From assembly GCF_006345805.1 (NCBI RefSeq), contig NC_043011.1, positions 22,642,464-22,706,463 on the forward strand: a stretch of DNA of 64,000 nt, written 5' to 3'. The stretch comes from Octopus sinensis. Taxonomy: Eukaryota. The notes under the pieces were generated by a model, which was given only the letters and a program-made list of their open reading frames with translations, was not told the origin of the DNA and did no database searches. A program made the position numbers and the translations under genes. Of the stretch, positions 28,503 to 43,493 are shown one piece after another; positions within the stretch are counted from its first letter, which is position 1; each line of letters opens with the position of its first letter.

Positions 28503-28612
28503 TACTTAATTGAGAATGTAAACGGTCATCACTAAATACTGCAAAGGATTTTGTCCAACGCTCAAACAATTTTGCCAGCCTACCGCCCTATATACGTGTA
28601 CATTTATATATT

Positions 28613-29125
28613 ACTAGCAGTATCGCCCGGCGTTGCTCGGGTTTGTAAGGGAAATAACTATATAAGCATTTTTAGAGAGTTACTTCCCTTATAGATGCCA
28701 ATTCGGGCTTTCTTAGCTATTTCTGTTTTGGTGTCTTCAAGCCATGAAGTCGTTGTTCTAAAAGAACGCTGGTCTCCTTGACAACGCTTTACGACGTTGA
28801 TTTCCTTACACTCCCTTCCCCACAGCTTCACGAGGAGGGAAGAAGGAGGAGAAGCAAACAGTGCAGGTGTGACCATGGACGCCAACTCCGCCGCCATCGA
28901 CACACGAAAAATTATGCATTAAAATGGAATAAAAAATTATGTTAAATTATTTTTAAAATCGTAGACTCATCGTAGACGCACGCTAATAGCCAGACGGGCT
29001 CGATATGAATTACGACTATAAGATACCCGAATTTGGTTAAACTGCACCGCAAAATGTGGGAGTAGTTAGGAATCTAAATCGAAGGGGACAGACACTCACA
29101 CAACTACAGTTTTATATATATAGAT
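28613..29125 (-). mobile_element. Non-autonomous Helitron-like element
   Basis: ACTAGCAGTATCGCCCGGCGTTGCTCGG terminus shared with 22946-23325. Confidence 0.65.
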
Positions 29126-29241
29126 AGATGTATGCATATATTGAGATCTCAGTAGGGTGTTTTTAAACCTGCCTAAGTAGAAATTTTGTGTCATTGCAAA
29201 TCGCAATTATTAATGACGTTGTCTGTCTGTCTGTCTGTCCG

Positions 29242-29280
<39 letters not shown>

Positions 29281-29373
29281 GTCTGTCTGTCTGTCTGTCT
29301 ATCAGTTTGCCCGTCTGTCTGTCTGATTGCCTGCCTGCCTGTCTATCAATCATTCAGTGAATGAATGAATCTA

Positions 29374-29405
<32 letters not shown>

Positions 29406-29440
29406 TCTATCTAATCTATCTATCTATTTATCTATCTATA

Positions 29441-29501
<61 letters not shown>

Positions 29502-30021
29502 GACTATGTACATACATAATGGCTGTCTCCTCGTTCGACGAGCATGAGCATCGCAAACAAATCCAGACCCTGTTCCACACACTTCTGAAGCTGTCTAGCT
29601 GAAAAGATCAATAAAGTGCGTATACATACATACATACATACATACATACATACTTACATACTTAGATACAAGTACACACTTCTGCATTCAAGTATACGCG
29701 CACACATACGCATAAATACACACGCAAGCACACATGCATATATATAATATATATATATACATATGAATATACATGCATATATATATATATATATATATAA
29801 TATATATATATAATATATATATATATATAATATACATAAGTATATATAGACATATACGTGCATATATACGTATGTGTGTGTGTATATATATATATATACG
29901 TGTGTAATATAACGTATTTTATACTGTCGTATTGTTTTCAATAATAAATGAAGTAAGCAAATCTTATACGTGTTTTATCTTTTATTTACATCTTAGAAAC
30001 GAGTTATTTATGTATTCAATG

Positions 30022-31285
30022 GATCTTTTCTGTTGCTGTCACAGTTTTTGAAATGTTGTTCCAATTATTTTCAAATTTGGTGTACTGATGTAATTTTGTA
30101 TGCTAATTATGGAAAGGAAATTCATTTTTGCCATAAATTGATAAATAAAAAGTTGATAGCTTTTAATGGTTGCAAATTTGAGGTAGTTTTAGACAATTGA
30201 AAACCACAGACACATTAGTGCTTGTTTCCATAGTAACAAGCCAAGATGTCTGCTTAAAACTATTAATTATTTTCTTTGACTTGATCTATATTCTGAACTT
30301 TAGTTTTTGAATTTTCGCTACAAAAAAAAAAAAAATCTTTGGCGATGTTTCCTTTTTAAGTTGCTTACATGCCTGTCTGAACGTTTGCTTTGCATCATTT
30401 TATTAGACAGAAAATTTTATGGGTTTTTTTCTGCTGCTGTCACAATTTTTGAAACTTTAAAATGAAGTGAAAATATTTAAATTTGGCATATTGATGTAAT
30501 TTTCTGCACTGAATCTGATTTTGTTCCAGAAAAACTTTAGAGAAATGTTCACTAAAAATATGTTACTCATTGATTTACCCCAGATCATCCATTGGTCGGG
30601 CTGACCCTAAGTACCAACCTTAAATCCTTACTCTAACCTCAAACCCTAAACCCTAACTCTAGCCCAAACTCAAACTATAAACCCTAATTCTAAGCCTAAA
30701 CTCTAACCCTAAACCCTAATTCTAAACCCCAATCCTAAGCCCTAACTCTAACCTTGGTGTATCTCAAACTTTCGTTTTTGAATTTTCGCTACAAAAAAAT
30801 GTATTGATTTTTTTTTTGGGGGGGGGGGTAATTTAACGGACATTTTTATTGTTTTGGGTTGTTTTTTTCTTTTGTAATTTAACGTACAATTTTCTTTCTG
30901 TAATTTTTGCAAAAAAAAAAAAAGTTTCATTGAGGATTTTTCTGTCTTATGTTGTCTGTTCTAACGTTTCACATGACTTTATTCATTTAAACTTATTAAT
31001 ACTTCAAAACTTCTGACAACTTTTATTTCATTTAATAAAAGTGTGTCGTCGTAATACTGTGATAGATAGCTTTCTCGTTGGAAATGTCAACTTCCAAATC
31101 CTGTTTTCTGATTGGGCAAAAATCATCAAAATTTAAACCTCTGTAACATTTCCCCAAATTTTTTTCTGGAACAAGTGAATAACAAAATCAGATTCAGCAT
31201 GAAAACTTAACATGAATATTCCAGATTCAAAAATTTTCTCTTTATCTTAAAATTTCAAAAACTGTGCCAACAACAGAAAAGATCT
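30022..31285. mobile_element. Degenerate TIR element with internal telomere-like AACCCT repeats (~30610-30755)
   Basis: GATCTTTTCTGTTGCTGTCACAGTTTTTGAAAT / ATTTCAAAAACTGTGCCAACAACAGAAAAGATC; right arm also at ~1690-1876. Confidence 0.5.
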
Positions 31286-31742
31286 TATTTAGTTAAAGGG
31301 ACTTAGTTCAATGTTATATCCAGTTACATACACATAATACATTTATGTATGTTTGTGTACAACATCTATCTATATATATATATGTGTTTGTGTATGTGGG
31401 TGCGCAAGGGTTTGAACAAATGGATGAATGCCGATAAAATGTTCTCAAAGAAATCATATCGTGTTGATAAAGTATAAGTTTCAACAACATTGATCGTCTG
31501 TTCCGACAGAATTTCTTAACAAGGAAGGAAGATGAAGAAAAAATAAAAAAAGAGAAATCCATTATCCAGTCTACCCATCTTGTAGCTACCTTTTCGTTGC
31601 CTACTTTTATCTTTATCTTATATATAAGCTTATCCTTAATTCTATTATTGTTGGTGCTTCAAAGATTTTCAAAGAAAATTACTTGTGCAGATACGGACAT
31701 ATGATAAATGTGTACCGTATATACCGCAAGCGCGCACACATG

Positions 31743-31808
<66 letters not shown>

Positions 31809-32058
31809 CGTACATAGTGTATTATTGATGAGTTTATTAACCCATCAGGTCCATGAGAAGCCACTGAAAGTCTAAGTTTGGTTATATCAATCAGTCTGGT
31901 ATAGTCTATCCGTCAAAACCTAATATTAAGTACGCAGACGCACTTGCATCCACCCCAACACACACACTTACTCACCCCAACTACCCCATCAAGCCCATAT
32001 ATGCATGTTTGTGTGCTTAGAGAGAGAGAGAAATATTTAGCTGTATTTGCGGAGTGAA

Positions 32059-32100
<42 letters not shown>

Positions 32101-32887
32101 CCGCATGCATGGTAACGCCTAGTGGGCAGTTAATACAAGGGAGATAATAATTTCTTCATACTATTTGGCAGGATAAAATGTTTGTATCTGAAATAAAGGA
32201 ATAAGGAAAAAATAGATTTTTTTTATTGCTTACTGGTGTGCTGTAGAAGATAAGAACCCTGGTGTATTGCAGAAGATATATATATATATATATATATATA
32301 TGAAGAGGTGCGTGTGTGTGTGTACATACATACGTACACACACACGCACACACACATATATATACATCCATATATATATATAAATATAATGATAGACAGA
32401 CAGACAGACGGACGGCGGATGGATGGATACAGACTAAGGCGTTACCTTCAAATATGCTTATAAAGTTTATTCTATGGGTGAAGTACTCCCACGTCCTGAC
32501 TCTCTTTCTTTCTTTCTTTCTTTCTTTCTCTCTTTCTTTCTTTCTTTCTTTCTTTCAATCTTTCTTTATTTATTTCTCTCTCTCCCTTTCTCCCCCTCTC
32601 TCTCCCTTTCTCTCCCTCTCTCTCCCTTTCTCTCCCTCTCTCTCTCTTTACACAATCTCACCAACTCGTAAAATGAAACATGCAAAAACATACAGCAATG
32701 AAAACAAAGGATTTTCAAAAGTAAACATACCTGCCCGAGCACATGAACGCACATACATACACGTGCATATGCACGAGTTTAAAATACAGTGCAATATTAC
32801 ACACACACTCACACACACCACATATGTATGTATGCATTCATATATATATGTATGTATACATAAATATATCAATATCAATATATATAT

Positions 32888-33854
32888 TGTTACGGGACCT
32901 CCGAACGAAAGCTGTTACGGAATCCCTCCCGATCGACCAGAGAGTGCTTGCCACGGAACTCACAGAGGAGAGAGACAACAACTACAACAACAGCTGCAAG
33001 AAGAGACACAGAGGCAACCGAGAGAGACACAGCAGAAGGCAATTGGCTTACATTTAGCCTACTAGTTTATAACACTTTATAATTGTTACAACATCAAATA
33101 CATATCAGATACATCAAAGAGGAAATACATGCAAGTAACAACACATCAAATGCAATAACAACAGCATTTAAAGATACATCAGATATATCAAAGAAGGAGA
33201 ATCAACAGCATGCAGATGCAATATAAGAACAGTTCTGTTTCAAATCACATTAACGTTACAGTTCAAAGGACATTAAAGGCATATACAGTTCAATGTTCAT
33301 TAAAGACTACAACAGAGTCTCTCTCTTTCTTTAACAGTTCTGTAACACATATCAACACAGTTCACATTGTTCTTTTTACTGTCTCATTTCTTTTCCAGCC
33401 TTTATAACACATCGACAAGTCCTTTACTCAATTCACATATCAATACAACAATTTACGTACCGTTACAGTTCCTACTATAATAACTGTGCCTTCCCTCCGC
33501 CGTAATCTCTCTCCATCGCCGCTTAGTCCTATGTGCATGTCTTCCTCAGCCCCTCATCCTCTCACTCTACTGTCATCTCTCATGACAAGCTCCCAACTAC
33601 CGACTGCTCGCCTTGAATCCCAAATGCTGACTATCTCTCAATCTCTCCGGCCGGAACTGAACTACTTAGATTCACAGCTCCTGCTTTTATAAGGTAGTTT
33701 CTTTGACCCTTCCCTGACTGGCACGAGGCCAAAGGTCCCCTAAAAGCTCATTACTCTTTCTAAAACAAAGGACTGTAACTTTGCATTGTAGACTTTCAGT
33801 TTCTAAGCCAAGCAAAGTAGGTCGCCAGATCTGTCCTTAATTTGAACCACAACA
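32888..33854 (-). mobile_element. Solo LTR (Gypsy-like)
   Basis: TGTT...AACA termini, ATAT 4-bp flanks, TATAAAA on minus strand at ~33685-33691. Confidence 0.65.
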
Positions 33855-34108
33855 ATATATATGTGTGTGTGCGTGTGTGTGTGTGTGTGTGTGGCACCGC
33901 TTTGAGATGTTTAATCGAACAAATCGATCGCAGTACATAGGTTTTTTTTTAAAGTTTCGTAATTGTTCCATTGACCACTTTTGCCAAACTGCTAAATCCC
34001 AAGGACGTCAACAAGCCAATACCAGTTGTCTAGCGGTGGGTGGTGACAAACACACTCACTGAAAGACACACCCACACTCTCATTCAGTCATTCACTCACT
34101 CACTCACT

Positions 34109-34151
<43 letters not shown>

Positions 34152-35279
34152 ACACACACATATATATATATATATTTAAATAAACAGAAAATAGAGAAAG
34201 CTTTTGATCAACAAACAAACAAATTGACCAACATCGGTTAATTTTTAATACAAAACATAACATTGCACATCCCTTAAACGGTTATTCCAACCTCTAACTC
34301 TGCTTACCTATACATATAGCTGACGTACACGGTAATTCTCGGGAAAGCGGGGCTTATCTTTTGGTTCCGTTCTCATAATTGTTTCGCTAATCCAATAACA
34401 ACAATATAACATATGTAGCCCTTAAAACAGTTTTTGTGTATTTACAGAGAATACCGAACTGTCTTACACAGGATCTTGTTTTTAGGATTTCCCAATAAGT
34501 TATGAATAACCAAATTGTGAAGTCAGTTATGTAATAACATGAAATTAGTCATTCGATAGTGAGAATTCAAATAAAGTAGCCCCGAAAAGGGCTTTAATGT
34601 GTTCCCAGAGTATATAGAACATATATATGTATACTAAAATCATGAAACATGTTAAGTAATAAAAGGCTAATCAGATATGAGATATCAATTCGAGATAAAT
34701 AACTCTGGAAAGGGCTATTTACTTGTTTAAGGCTTGTACTGGATAAATTGCGAAAATAACTCTAACAGTTCAAATACTAAGAAATAAGCATACTCAATTA
34801 CATTTTTACCAAATAATTTTGAAAAATGAATGAATTATTTCCCTTGGATCTCTTCCTGGGGGCCCATTATCGATTTTGTTTTCAACAATATGAGTATGCC
34901 ATGAGGTTTCCAGACATGAGTTCTACCCATGTGTCAAGTTTCATCAAAATTGATAAAACGGTGTTGGAGGAGTTAGCTGACAACTCCACAAACACACCCA
35001 CAGACAGAATTTCCCTACCACACACACACACATACACACACACATATATATCGATGTACATACATCTATACATATATATATATGCATATGTGGGCACAGG
35101 ACGTCATGAAACGTTTACAACAACAAAAAAAGAATTGCGAAGTACGAGTATATGGAATATAAACTATTTTTTCGAACAACGAAAGACAAAAATGGAAACC
35201 AAGACAAACAACATAAAGAACGACCATTCATCAGTTGTTTGCTGTTTTTCTACTCTCGTATTTCGAGCAGGTGAAAATA

Positions 35280-35541
35280 GCCCAGAATTAAGGTTGGCGG
35301 GAGCCGCGGCACATCGAGACTGTATCCAGATCGCTGCGAGCAATTTTAAGAAGGCCAGAGCAACTGCAGAGGACGAGCAACGCCAAAGAAAGGAAGAGTC
35401 ATCTTCACAATCCCCATCCGAGCAAAGCCTACATACTTGCCCCAATTAAACCTGAACCTGTCGAACGAGGATCGACTTACATAGGCATCTAACTACTTGC
35501 TGTTCTTCCTTATGAACTTCGGACACGAAGATCTTCCATCA

Positions 35542-35545
<4 letters not shown>
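35280..35545 (+). mobile_element. RTE-like LINE 3' end remnant
   Basis: HTCPN...TCRTRIDLHRHLTTC, a C2H2-like C-terminus. Confidence 0.45.
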
Positions 35546-35572
<27 letters not shown>

Positions 35573-35829
35573 TTCTTATTTAGTAGAAGCAACTGAGTAA
35601 GTCATGGTCCAAGAGTTTTGTAACTGCCAACGCACGAAACTCTCGGTCCTTGAGTTTCTCTGTTGCTTCCACTAAATATTAATTTTTAAAATATCCTTAT
35701 ACTCGTATTTTCAGTACTATTTTTCCTGTTTGCATAGATGTGAATATGTTCAAAGAACGCATTCACATCTACGCTTCGTAGATCACTGAGATGTTTTGGC
35801 AAGGTATTGAAAAGCTATGCGCCCTTGAA

Positions 35830-36480
35830 CCCTTAGGTGTTACAGTATTGAGCCCTTACTCTAGATGTGAAGGTCGGGATCTTTGATACTGTGCAGTGGC
35901 GTCCAGTTCGGAGAGTGGTATAGCTTAAAATCCTAAAGTCCAGTGCTAGACCCTCCTGGATTTTCAATATATATCTTCTAAGTGTCGCAGTGTGAACTGC
36001 CTCGGACTTCCCTGTTAATTTGGTGCTTTGTGGTGACAATTAATGGGACTCGTAGTCCAGGCGACTGAGAACAAATGTTCTACATAGGAGCAACAAGGTT
36101 TCCTTTTTCCAACCATCAATTCAACTGTACCTTATTACCAACTTAGTAAAATGTTCACGGAATGATGCATCATTAACTTATATGAATCCCACTAACTCTG
36201 GAGTTATAATATCCTTTTGTGCTGTGTATTCTAATAGCAATCTGTTTGTGGACCGACAGCAGACTACTTGTAACTGCTCAGCATTGAGCTTCAAGCTGTT
36301 TTCTTTTACCCACCTATATCTCACGTTCATGTTTTTCTGTAGTTTTGGACTGTCATCAGGGTCCTTGACTGCCTGTGATACTTTTGTATCGTCAGCATAG
36401 CTTGTAAGAACAGCTGATTGTATGACCAAAAGAGCTAACATGAACAGCAGTGGTCACAGTACAGTTACCTGAGGGACTGC
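35830..36480 (-). mobile_element. Decayed non-LTR retrotransposon RT fragment (CR1/L2/Jockey-type)
   Basis: VPQ.TVL.PLLF...YADDTKV...W...N.LKLNA. Confidence 0.75.
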
Positions 36481-36709
36481 GCTTTGATTAGATGTCTCCT
36501 CAGAGATATATATATTCATGCACATATAATATATATTCGATACATATATATGTAACATAACATTATATACTTATATACAGGCAGACAGATGGAGGTACTT
36601 ATACACACACGCGCGCGCGCGCACACACACGCACACACCACACACACACACACACAAACATATAAACATACGTATGTGTGTATCTATAAACATACATATG
36701 TATTATGTG

Positions 36710-37557
36710 ATAGAATGATTGTCGTCATTTCTTTCTCTTTTGCCTGCGTTTGCCTTTTAAGTGCTGTGGTTTTACTGGGATCTCCCTTTTAAGTAGAAAG
36801 AATAGCCATAACTCTTTGACTGCTATTTCTAAACTCGGTGTGTGGTGAGGCAAATCGTTGCTAAACCCTTAATTACTTAGTATTACTTAAACCTTCCTCG
36901 AATGGGGCTTTTACATGCCGAAATCTACTTGGTGAAATTAATGATTATTCCAAATTAATTAATTTCACCCTATATTATTACTGATAACCATATTTCATCC
37001 CAGTAAATAACCACAACATCTTATCCTGGCAGCACGCTGGTGGGAGGAGGTTGGTGACACAAACTTTCATTCACACTTTGAATTTGGTGATACTGGTAAC
37101 GGCTTAAGCTCGCTCTGATACCATGAGTTGAGGTGATGTCTTCTAGTACCTCCAAATTTAATATACAATTATTCATAATTGTAGAGTCCTACGCTGAAGA
37201 GAAAAATAGTTGGGTAAGACATAATTATCTAATTTTTATGCTTTCCTAAGACTTAATTTCGAAACGTACGTCCGTAGGTGACTTAATATAGAATGGTTGT
37301 CGTCATTTCTTTCTCTTTTGCCTGCGTTTGCCTTTTAAGTGCTGTGGTTTTACTGGGATCTCCCTTTTAAGTAGAAAGAATAGCCATAACTCTTTGACTG
37401 CTATTTCTAAACTCGGTGTGTGGTGAGGCAATCGTTGCTAAACCCTTAATTACTTAGTATACTTAAACCTCCCTCGAATGGAGCTTTTACATTGCCGAAA
37501 TCTACTTGGTGAAATTAATGATTATTCCAAATTAATTAATTTCACCATATATTATTA

Positions 37558-37563
<6 letters not shown>
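36710..37563 (+). mobile_element. Penelope-like pLTR/retrozyme partial tandem (~275-bp direct repeats, period ~578) ending in (TA)n
   Basis: 36710-36986 repeated at 37288-37563; a hammerhead lies just before the second repeat. Confidence 0.75.
37188..37278 (+). ncRNA. Minimal type I hammerhead ribozyme
   Basis: CCUACG-CUGAAGA-GAAA...UUUC-GAAA-CGUAC-GUC/CGUAGG; palindromic stem III ACGUACGU. Confidence 0.85.
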
Positions 37564-37639
<76 letters not shown>

Positions 37640-37666
37640 CAGGCAAACAAGCAAACAGACAAAGAA

Positions 37667-37741
<75 letters not shown>

Positions 37742-38094
37742 GGGTGGAGGGATGCTTAAACACGTAAATGATTTTTCGTTCTTCCTTTTAACTTTCTCCG
37801 CCCTATGTTTTCGACTTAATTGCTTCTTCTTTTCTTTCTTTCTTTCTTTTTTTCTTTCTTTCTTTTTTCTTCTTCTTTTCTTTCTTTCTTTCTTTCTTTT
37901 TTTCTTTCTTTCTTTCTTTCTTTCTTCCTTCCTTCCCTTCTTAATTCTGTGTTTTGCAGTTTTGCAGTTGGAACCCCACAAAGTGAGTGCTGAAATAAAA
38001 CAGCTGTTGATTAAGTGATGAAACGACTACTTAGAAAGCTTTGAAATCTGCTGATGGGAAATAAGTTGGGAGAATAAAGGAGGGGGTTATTAAC

Positions 38095-38309
38095 GAAGAA
38101 GAAGAAGAAATAGAAGAAGAAGAAGAAGAAGAAGAAGAAGAAGAAGAAGAAGAAGAAGAAGAAGAAGAAGACGACCAAGAAGAAGAAGACGACGACGACG
38201 ACGATGATGATGATGATGCCGATGATGATGCCGATGATGATGATGATGATGGTGATGATGATGTCGATGATGATGTGATGATGATGATGATGATGCCGAT
38301 GATGATGCC

Positions 38310-38367
<58 letters not shown>

Positions 38368-38424
38368 GTGATGATGATGGTGATGAAGATGATGATGATG
38401 GTGATGATGATGTTGATGATGTTG

Positions 38425-38456
<32 letters not shown>

Positions 38457-38555
38457 GGTGGTGGTGGTGGTGGTGATGGATGGTGATGATGATATGATGG
38501 TGGTGTGGTGAGATGATGATGATGATGATGATGATGGTGATGGTGATGATGATGG

Positions 38556-38647
<92 letters not shown>

Positions 38648-38660
38648 GTGATGATGACGA
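38095..38660. repeat. (GAA)n/(GAT)n compound microsatellite
   Basis: Direct reading. Confidence 0.95.
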
Positions 38661-39998
38661 AAGTTATTTAGTTGAATCTGGGAAAATTATAAAGCGAAAG
38701 ACGACCGTTATAATAATACTACCTGTGAAGGCGCATTGACCTAGTTGTTAGGGGTGTTGCACTCACAATCGTCAGATGGCGGTTTCGATACCTGGACCGG
38801 GTGGTGTGTTGTGCTTTCTTGAGCAAAGCATTTAATTTCACGTTGTTCCTGTTCACTCGACTGTAAATGTGTTCTGCCAATAGATGGGAGTTAACCCAGT
38901 GACGAGTTGCCATCTCGTTCCAGAGGTAGTGATGCAATCTCTGTCACATTCAAACGGAGTTAGGCTCCGGTTTTATGAGTCCTTACGGCTGAAGACAACC
39001 CTAAAAACTACATGTGAAAATTCCACGGTTATTTTGGCCGTTATAAGATTGCTATAAGATTAGTCTATAACTTTATACACTAATTATATAGGGCGAGCCA
39101 AAAGTCACGCACCAAAATTGAAACTCAATATCAATTGTCTTATGAATTGCTTTGGTGCGTGACATTTGGCACACACACACATACACACATACAACGGGTT
39201 TGTTTTAGTTTCCGTTTACCAAATCCACTCACAATACTTTTGTTGGCCCGAGGCTATAGTAGAAGACACTTGCCCAAGATGACACGCAGTGGGACTGAAC
39301 CCGGAACCATGTGGTTGGGACGGAAGCATCTTTTGTTTTTTGCACCATACAGCCATGCCTACACACACACACCACACACACAACACACACACAAACAACA
39401 ACAACAACAACAAATCAATACCTGTTGCCAAGTGGTAGTATGTGTGTGTGTGTGTGTGTGTCTTTTATGCCTGTGCTTGCCCGATATATGTGCGTGCATG
39501 TGTGTTTGTCTGAGATGTATGTGTGTGCGTGTGTTTGTTAGATATATGTGTGTCTTTATGTCAGTGTTTGTCCACATACTACCACTTAACAAGTGTTGGT
39601 TTGTTTATGTTCCTGAACGTAGCGGTTCGGCAATAGAGACTGATATTAATAAGTGCCAGTCTTTAAAGAAATTCGTGCTTGGATCGATTTGTCCGACTAA
39701 AACCCTTTAAGGCGGTACCCCTGAATGGGGCATAGGAGTCGGCAACAGATCGGATGCGTCCCACAAGGGAATCACAAGGGAATCACTAAAGTGTTGTCTG
39801 TGACCTTGACCTTTTCTGAGTATTTCCTTTTTGTTTTTGCTTATTTGTTTGTTTTTTCGTATTTTATCTATTTGTAGTTCAATGAGTTGTTGATAGTTTT
39901 TAAATAGACCTTTGTATCAAGATTTACTTGCATAAACATTCCTAGTGATGCAAATGGCGGGATAAGGCGAGAGTATTTTTTCATAAGATTATCAATTA

Positions 39999-40030
<32 letters not shown>

Positions 40031-40059
40031 ATATATATATATCTATATATATATATATA

Positions 40060-40104
<45 letters not shown>

Positions 40105-40106
<2 letters not shown>

Positions 40107-40260
40107 TGCTGTGTGGTAAGTAGCTTGCTTACCAACCACATGGTTCCGGGTTCAGTCCCACTGCGTGGCATCTTGGGCAAGTGTCTTCTGCTATAGCCTC
40201 GGGCCGACCAATGCCTTGTGAGTGGATTTGGTAGACGGAAACTGAAAGAAGCCTGTCGTA

Positions 40261-40340
<80 letters not shown>

Positions 40341-40574
40341 ATATATTTGTATTGTGTGTATAATGTTTGTGTGTGTGTGGTTTGTCCCTCTCGCATTGCT
40401 TGACAACCGATGCTAGTGTGTTTACGTCCCCCGTCACTAGCGGTTCGGCAAAAGAGACCGATAGAATAAGTACTGGGCTTACAAAGAATAAATCCTGGGG
40501 TTTATTTGCTCGACTAAAGGCGATGCCCAGCATGGCGCATGTCAATGACTGAAACAAGTAAAAGAGTAAAAAGA
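40105..40574 (+). mobile_element. SINE family A
   Basis: Same consensus. Confidence 0.85.
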
Positions 40575-40585
40575 ATATATATATC

Positions 40586-40616
<31 letters not shown>

Positions 40617-42265
40617 ATATATATATATATATGTATGTCTATATACTACAGGGTGGGTCAAAAGTCACGTACCAGATTAAAATAAAACTCATTTAATATT
40701 GCACATTTTGTAATGCGGCGAACTGGCAGAATCGTTAACACGCTAGACAAAATGCTTAGCGATGTTTCGTGCCTTTACGTTCTGAATTCAATTGCCGCCG
40801 GGGTCGACTTTGCTTTTCATCCTTTCGGAATGTACCAGTAAAGTACAGTGGTCGGTGTAATCGACTTAACCTTCTCCCCCCTCCCCCCCGCCAGAAACTG
40901 CTGGCCTTGTGCCACAATGAGAAATCAATGTACATTGCACGTTTCCAAGGCAGCAACCTGGCGGAATCGTTAGCACACAGGGTAAAATGCTAAGCGACAT
41001 TTCGTCCGTCTTTACGTTGTGAGTTCAAATTCCGCGCAGGTCAACTTTGCCTTCCACCTTTTCAGTGTCGATAATATATGTATATTTTTTTATTGCCCTT
41101 GTGGGCAATAAAGAAATAAGAATATAAGTATATAGACAAATGCTTGGTTGACATCCGTTATGCAGATGATGCAACGGTCGTTATACTGCTTTTTCTCTCG
41201 CTGAGGTGGAGGGTTCCAAAATCCCCCAGTAAGATCGGATAACAGGAACAAAGATAAATCAAGAAAATCAAAGAGCTTATGTCTAGGATACATGAGAAGC
41301 AAGTACACCCTAAAGGATGTTGATTGTTGGACGAATTTGTTTGAAACCTGAGTAAGTTCGAACATCTAATTTGAGATAATCGGGATGAGGAGACAATGTG
41401 ACAAACCTTATTAAGAAATTCCAATCCTGAGAAACCAGATAAATAGATTGCTTTGTCGATGTATTAAGTACCAGCGGAGCGCTGGAGGTCGATATAATCG
41501 ACTTGACCCCCGCCTACAAAATTGCTGGCCTTGTGCCAAAATTCGAAATCATTTTGAAACCAATATATATTTCACACATTTCAGAAACAATACTTTATAT
41601 TTACTTTGAAGTGTCAGATGTTTTGGTGCATGGAGCAACTAAAAATCTACAGTGAGTCATGATGAAAAAGAAGTTGCTGATGCATGACTTAAATAATCTG
41701 AAATTTGGAGATTCAGTTCAAATCCAAATAGATGTGACTGGAATTTTATGGTTTTTAAGCATTTTAAAAATCTGTTTTATTATTATTTAAAAAAAAAATT
41801 TTTTTATAGGGATACATAATTACATTTTCTCTTTTATCGTTTACTTATTTCACTCATTGGACTGCAACCTTGTTGTGGCACCACCTTGAGAGGTTTAGTC
41901 GAACAAATCGATCTCAGTACATAGGTTTCTTTTTAAAGTTTCGTAATTGTTCCATTGACCCCCTTTTGCCAAGCTGCTAAACCACAAGGACGTCAACAAG
42001 TCAACACCAGTTGTCAAGCGGTGGGTGGTGACAAACACACTCACTGAAAGACACACCCATCCTCTCATTCAGTCATTTACTTACTCACTCACTTACCCCC
42101 CCCCCCCCACACACACACAGATGTATCTTTCTGTCGAAGAGCGTAGGCTCGAAACGTAAAAGACTTTTTTCTATTCCTGAGCGCTATACTAATACATTTG
42201 TTTGTTTGTACTCCTCCTGCCTTCGTCTTTTGTTTATTTTCGTAAACTTCCCCTTTATATATATG

Positions 42266-42442
42266 GAGTGGCTGTGTGGTAAGTAGCTTGCTAACCAACC
42301 ACATGGTTCCATGTTCAGTCCCACTGCGTGGCATCTTGGGCAAGTGTCTTCTACTATAGCCTCGGGCCGACCAATGCCTTGTGAGTGGATTTGGTAGACG
42401 GAAACTGAAAGAAGCCTGTCGTATATATGTATGTATATATAT

Positions 42443-42523
<81 letters not shown>

Positions 42524-42730
42524 TGTGTGTGTGTATGTGTTTGTCCCCCTAGCATTGCTTGACAACTGATGCTGGTGTGTTTGCGTCACTTAGCGGTTCG
42601 GCAAAAGAGACCGATAGAATAAGTACTGGGCTTACAAAGAATAAGTCCCGGGGTCGAGTTGCTCGATTAAAGGCGGTGCTCCAGCATGGCCGCAGTCAAA
42701 TGACTGAAACAAGTAAAAGAGTAAAAGAGT
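42266..42730 (+). mobile_element. SINE family A
   Basis: Same consensus. Confidence 0.85.
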
Positions 42731-42869
42731 ATATTTATATAAGCAGAAAATGGAGAAAGCTTTTGATCAACAAACAAACAAATTGATCAACATCGATTAA
42801 TTATTTTTTAATACAAACCATAACATTGCACATCCCTTAAGTGGTTATTCCAACCTCTAACTCAGCTTA

Positions 42870-42909
<40 letters not shown>

Positions 42910-43493
42910 TACCCCCCCCCACTTCGGTCATGAATGACCATTGGGTTGCACCTAGAAAGCACTCATCCGAGGCACAGGTCTGGGCGGGGTTGTTTATAGA
43001 AGACTAGCTGAGGTCAACTTTGCCTTCCCTCTCCACCCCACCGATGTTAGCCAAAGGAAAGGGAAAGGCCGATACAATTTGGCACTAGTGACGTCGCAAC
43101 CCATTTCTGCAGATGAATGAATTGGAGCAATGTGAAATAATGTGTCTTGCACACGAACACAACACAGCTTGGTCCGGGAATCGAACTCACTACCTCATGG
43201 TTGTGAAAAGGCCCAAAGCTTTAACCATTGAGCCATGCGCCTTTTCAGACTCATCATTCCACGACCTTCTCGGAATGATTGTTGACAGAGATAGACCATT
43301 TGGTCAATTTAACCCATTTTTTCCCCAAAAGTCGAAAAACGTTCTAATCTAGTAACATATTCCATAGTTCAAGACGTTTCCCTCAGACGCTTCTACAACA
43401 TCAAGAAGTATATGGTGTCTGCCATTTCTGCCCAAATGTTCAAATATGGCTTCCTTTCAGCCTATTTCTCTATGTATAACAAACGTAATATTT

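Noticed and set aside
41160-41440. Possible decayed Penelope RT/linker fragment (HP...WNPP)
   Set aside because: Too degenerate to support without a profile search
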